A stretch of DNA of 64,000 bases from Candidatus Pelagibacterales bacterium (GTDB taxonomy: Bacteria > Pseudomonadota > Alphaproteobacteria > Pelagibacterales > Pelagibacteraceae). Below are positions 62,153-64,000 of the stretch, one piece after another. Each line of letters begins with the position of its first letter. The stretch's first letter is position 1. The notes below the pieces were generated by a model, which did no database searches, was not told the origin of the DNA, and saw nothing but the letters and a program-made list of their open reading frames with translations. The position numbers and the translations under genes are program-made. The stretch spans positions 524,625 through 588,624 of the forward strand of contig OZ251766.1 in assembly GCA_965244885.1 (NCBI GenBank), in the 5' to 3' direction.

Positions 62153-63427
62153 TTAAATCTTTTTTATCCCGCCCATATAATTATGCAAAACCACAGGAAT
62201 ATTTATTGAACCATCTTCATTTTGATTATTTTCCATTATAGCAATTAATGTTCTCCCTATTGCAAGACCAGAACCATTTAATGTGGCAACGTAGTCAATT
62301 TTTTTATCTAAATCCTTAAAACGTGCCATCATTCTATTTGCCTGAAATTGACCACAGGAAGAACAGCTAGATATTTCTCTATAATTATTTTGAGACGGTA
62401 TCCATACTTCAAGATCATAAGTTTTTTCAGCGCTAAATCCCATGTCTCCAGATGAAAGTAGAATAACTCTATAAGGTAACTCTAATTTTTTAAGTATAGT
62501 TTCTGCACAATTAGTAAGCCTTGCAAGTTCATTGTTTTTATCTTCAGGTTTCACAATACTTACTAGTTCAACTTTATAAAATTGATGCTGTCTCATCATA
62601 CCTTTTGTGTCTTTCCCAGCAGCTCCTGCTTCAGCTCTAAAGCAAGGTGTAGCCGCAACGTACCTAAGTGGCAAATCTTCGTAATTTAGTATTTTATCTC
62701 TAACAATATTTGTAAGAGAAACTTCGGCTGTTGGTATTAACCATGAGCCTGTATTTAGAGAAAATTGCTCTTTAGAAAATTTTGGCAACTGACCAGTTCC
62801 GAACATTGATCCTTCGTTAACGATTATTGGAACGTTCATTTCTAAATACTCAAATTCATTAACGTGGGTATCGATCATAAAATTAATTAAAGCTCTTTCC
62901 AACTTAGCAATATTACCTTTCGTTATTACATATCTAGCGCCTGAGATCTTAGTAGCAGTATCAAAGTCTATCAGATCTCTTTCTATACCAATTTCATCAT
63001 GGGACTTAATTTTAAAATTAAAATTTTTAATATTCCCAAATTTTTTTATTTCCTTATTACTTTTACTGTCCAGACCTATTGGAACGTCATCTAAATGAAT
63101 ATTTGGCAAATTATAAAGAATATTATTCATCTTATGTTTTTGTTCTGAGAGATTTTTTTCAAAACTTTCAATATCGTTTTTAATATTTAAAACTTTTTTA
63201 GATAAAGATAAAAATTGCTCACTTTTCTTATCTTTAGAATTAGACAGTTCTTTAGATATTTTATTTCTCTCTCCTTGTAATTTTTGTTGTTTTTCTAAAA
63301 TTTGTCTTATGGAAGAATCTAAGGAAATAATTTCATCTACTAATTGATCTGAGCTTTTTACAAATCTCTCTTTATATTTTTTTTTATAAAGAGTTGGATT
63401 TTCTCTTAAATTTTTAAGGTTTATCAT
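62153..63427 (-). CDS. serS: Serine-tRNA ligase
   Basis: GTGQLPKF, LIPTAEV, FRAEAG, RQHQF.KVE, EISSCS, LNGSGLA. Confidence 0.97.
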   Translation of the reverse strand: MINLKNLRENPTLYKKKYKERFVKSSDQLVDEIISLDSSIRQILEKQQKLQGERNKISKELSNSKDKKSEQFLSLSKKVLNIKNDIESFEKNLSEQKHKMNNILYNLPNIHLDDVPIGLDSKSNKEIKKFGNIKNFNFKIKSHDEIGIERDLIDFDTATKISGARYVITKGNIAKLERALINFMIDTHVNEFEYLEMNVPIIVNEGSMFGTGQLPKFSKEQFSLNTGSWLIPTAEVSLTNIVRDKILNYEDLPLRYVAATPCFRAEAGAAGKDTKGMMRQHQFYKVELVSIVKPEDKNNELARLTNCAETILKKLELPYRVILLSSGDMGFSAEKTYDLEVWIPSQNNYREISSCSSCGQFQANRMMARFKDLDKKIDYVATLNGSGLAIGRTLIAIMENNQNEDGSINIPVVLHNYMGGIKKI

Positions 63428-64000
63428 TTTTACTTTTTTCTAAATATTTAATAATTAAAATAGATATTTCATATAAAAGCATTAATGGAATAGCCAATCC
63501 TATCTGACTAATTGGGTCTGGAGGTGTAATAACTGCTGCAACAATAAATATAATAACAATAATAAATCTTCTTCTTTCAGATAAATATTTGGAATCAATA
63601 AATCCAATAGTTGCTAATAAAACTAATAAGACTGGTAATTCAAAACTAAGACCGAAAGCAATCATAAAAACCATTATTAATGAAAGATACTCGCTTACTT
63701 TTGCCTCTAATTGTATAGGCATAGTTGTCTGCGTACTCAAGGTTTCAAATGATAAAAAAAATTTAATAGCCAAAGGCATTATAAAATAATATGCCAATAA
63801 GGCTCCAGTTATGAAAAGAACTGGGGTCGCAATAATAAAAGGTAAAATTGTTTTTTTTTCATTATGATATAATCCTGGAGCAATAAATTTCCATATTTGA
63901 ATTAAAAAAATTGGAAAAGAAAAAAAAAGAGCAGAAAAAAAAGATAATTTTAAATAGGTAATAAAAGTTTCTTGTAAGGCTGTAAAAATTAATCTTTTAG
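63414..64000 (-). CDS. tatC: Twin-arginine translocase subunit TatC (5' end outside the window)
   Basis: AFGLSFELP, AAVITPPD, LYEISI; frame continues to the window edge (QIWKFIAPGLY). Confidence 0.95.
   Translation of the reverse strand, partial: KRLIFTALQETFITYLKLSFFSALFFSFPIFLIQIWKFIAPGLYHNEKKTILPFIIATPVLFITGALLAYYFIMPLAIKFFLSFETLSTQTTMPIQLEAKVSEYLSLIMVFMIAFGLSFELPVLLVLLATIGFIDSKYLSERRRFIIVIIFIVAAVITPPDPISQIGLAIPLMLLYEISILIIKYLEKSKNDKP

Overview
Very AT-rich, streamlined alphaproteobacterial chromosome segment with tiny or overlapping intergenic spaces. Gene content and protein style suggest Pelagibacterales/SAR11, possibly clade III or Fonsibacter-like (inference, no database search run). 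Most of the window is core housekeeping genes: spoT-pyrE-pdxJ-acpS-lepB-rnc-era-recO-parC, hemB/hemA, rpiB-glyA-nrdR-rib-nusB, hppA, rpmF-plsX-ihfA, rplM-rpsI-argC-hom-glpX-recJ, coaD-ppi-tgt, mltB-dacA-tmk-holB-metG-tatD, recG, gyrA/ssb/uvrA and tatC-serS-yajC-secDF, plus four tRNAs (Glu, Pro, Lys, Ser). Two things stand out. (1) Coding-strand bias flips at about 40.3 kb (46 + vs 8 - CDS to the left, 3 + vs 19 - to the right, by my count), as expected at a replication terminus. Exactly there sits a Cre-like tyrosine recombinase preceded by a loxP/dif-like palindrome (AGTTCCGATAA-TTAATGG-TTATCGGAAAT), a candidate single-recombinase chromosome dimer resolution system. (2) An adjacent accessory island of about 4.3 kb (34.45-38.9 kb) encodes envelope proteins, a membrane-anchored Mrr-like nuclease with no methylase, a cassette flanked by 21-bp direct repeats, and an ANRxNA-STGP-KHG family gene followed by a GAAACGAACCCAA hairpin motif. 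The DUF502 gene at the island's left edge carries a +1 frameshift.
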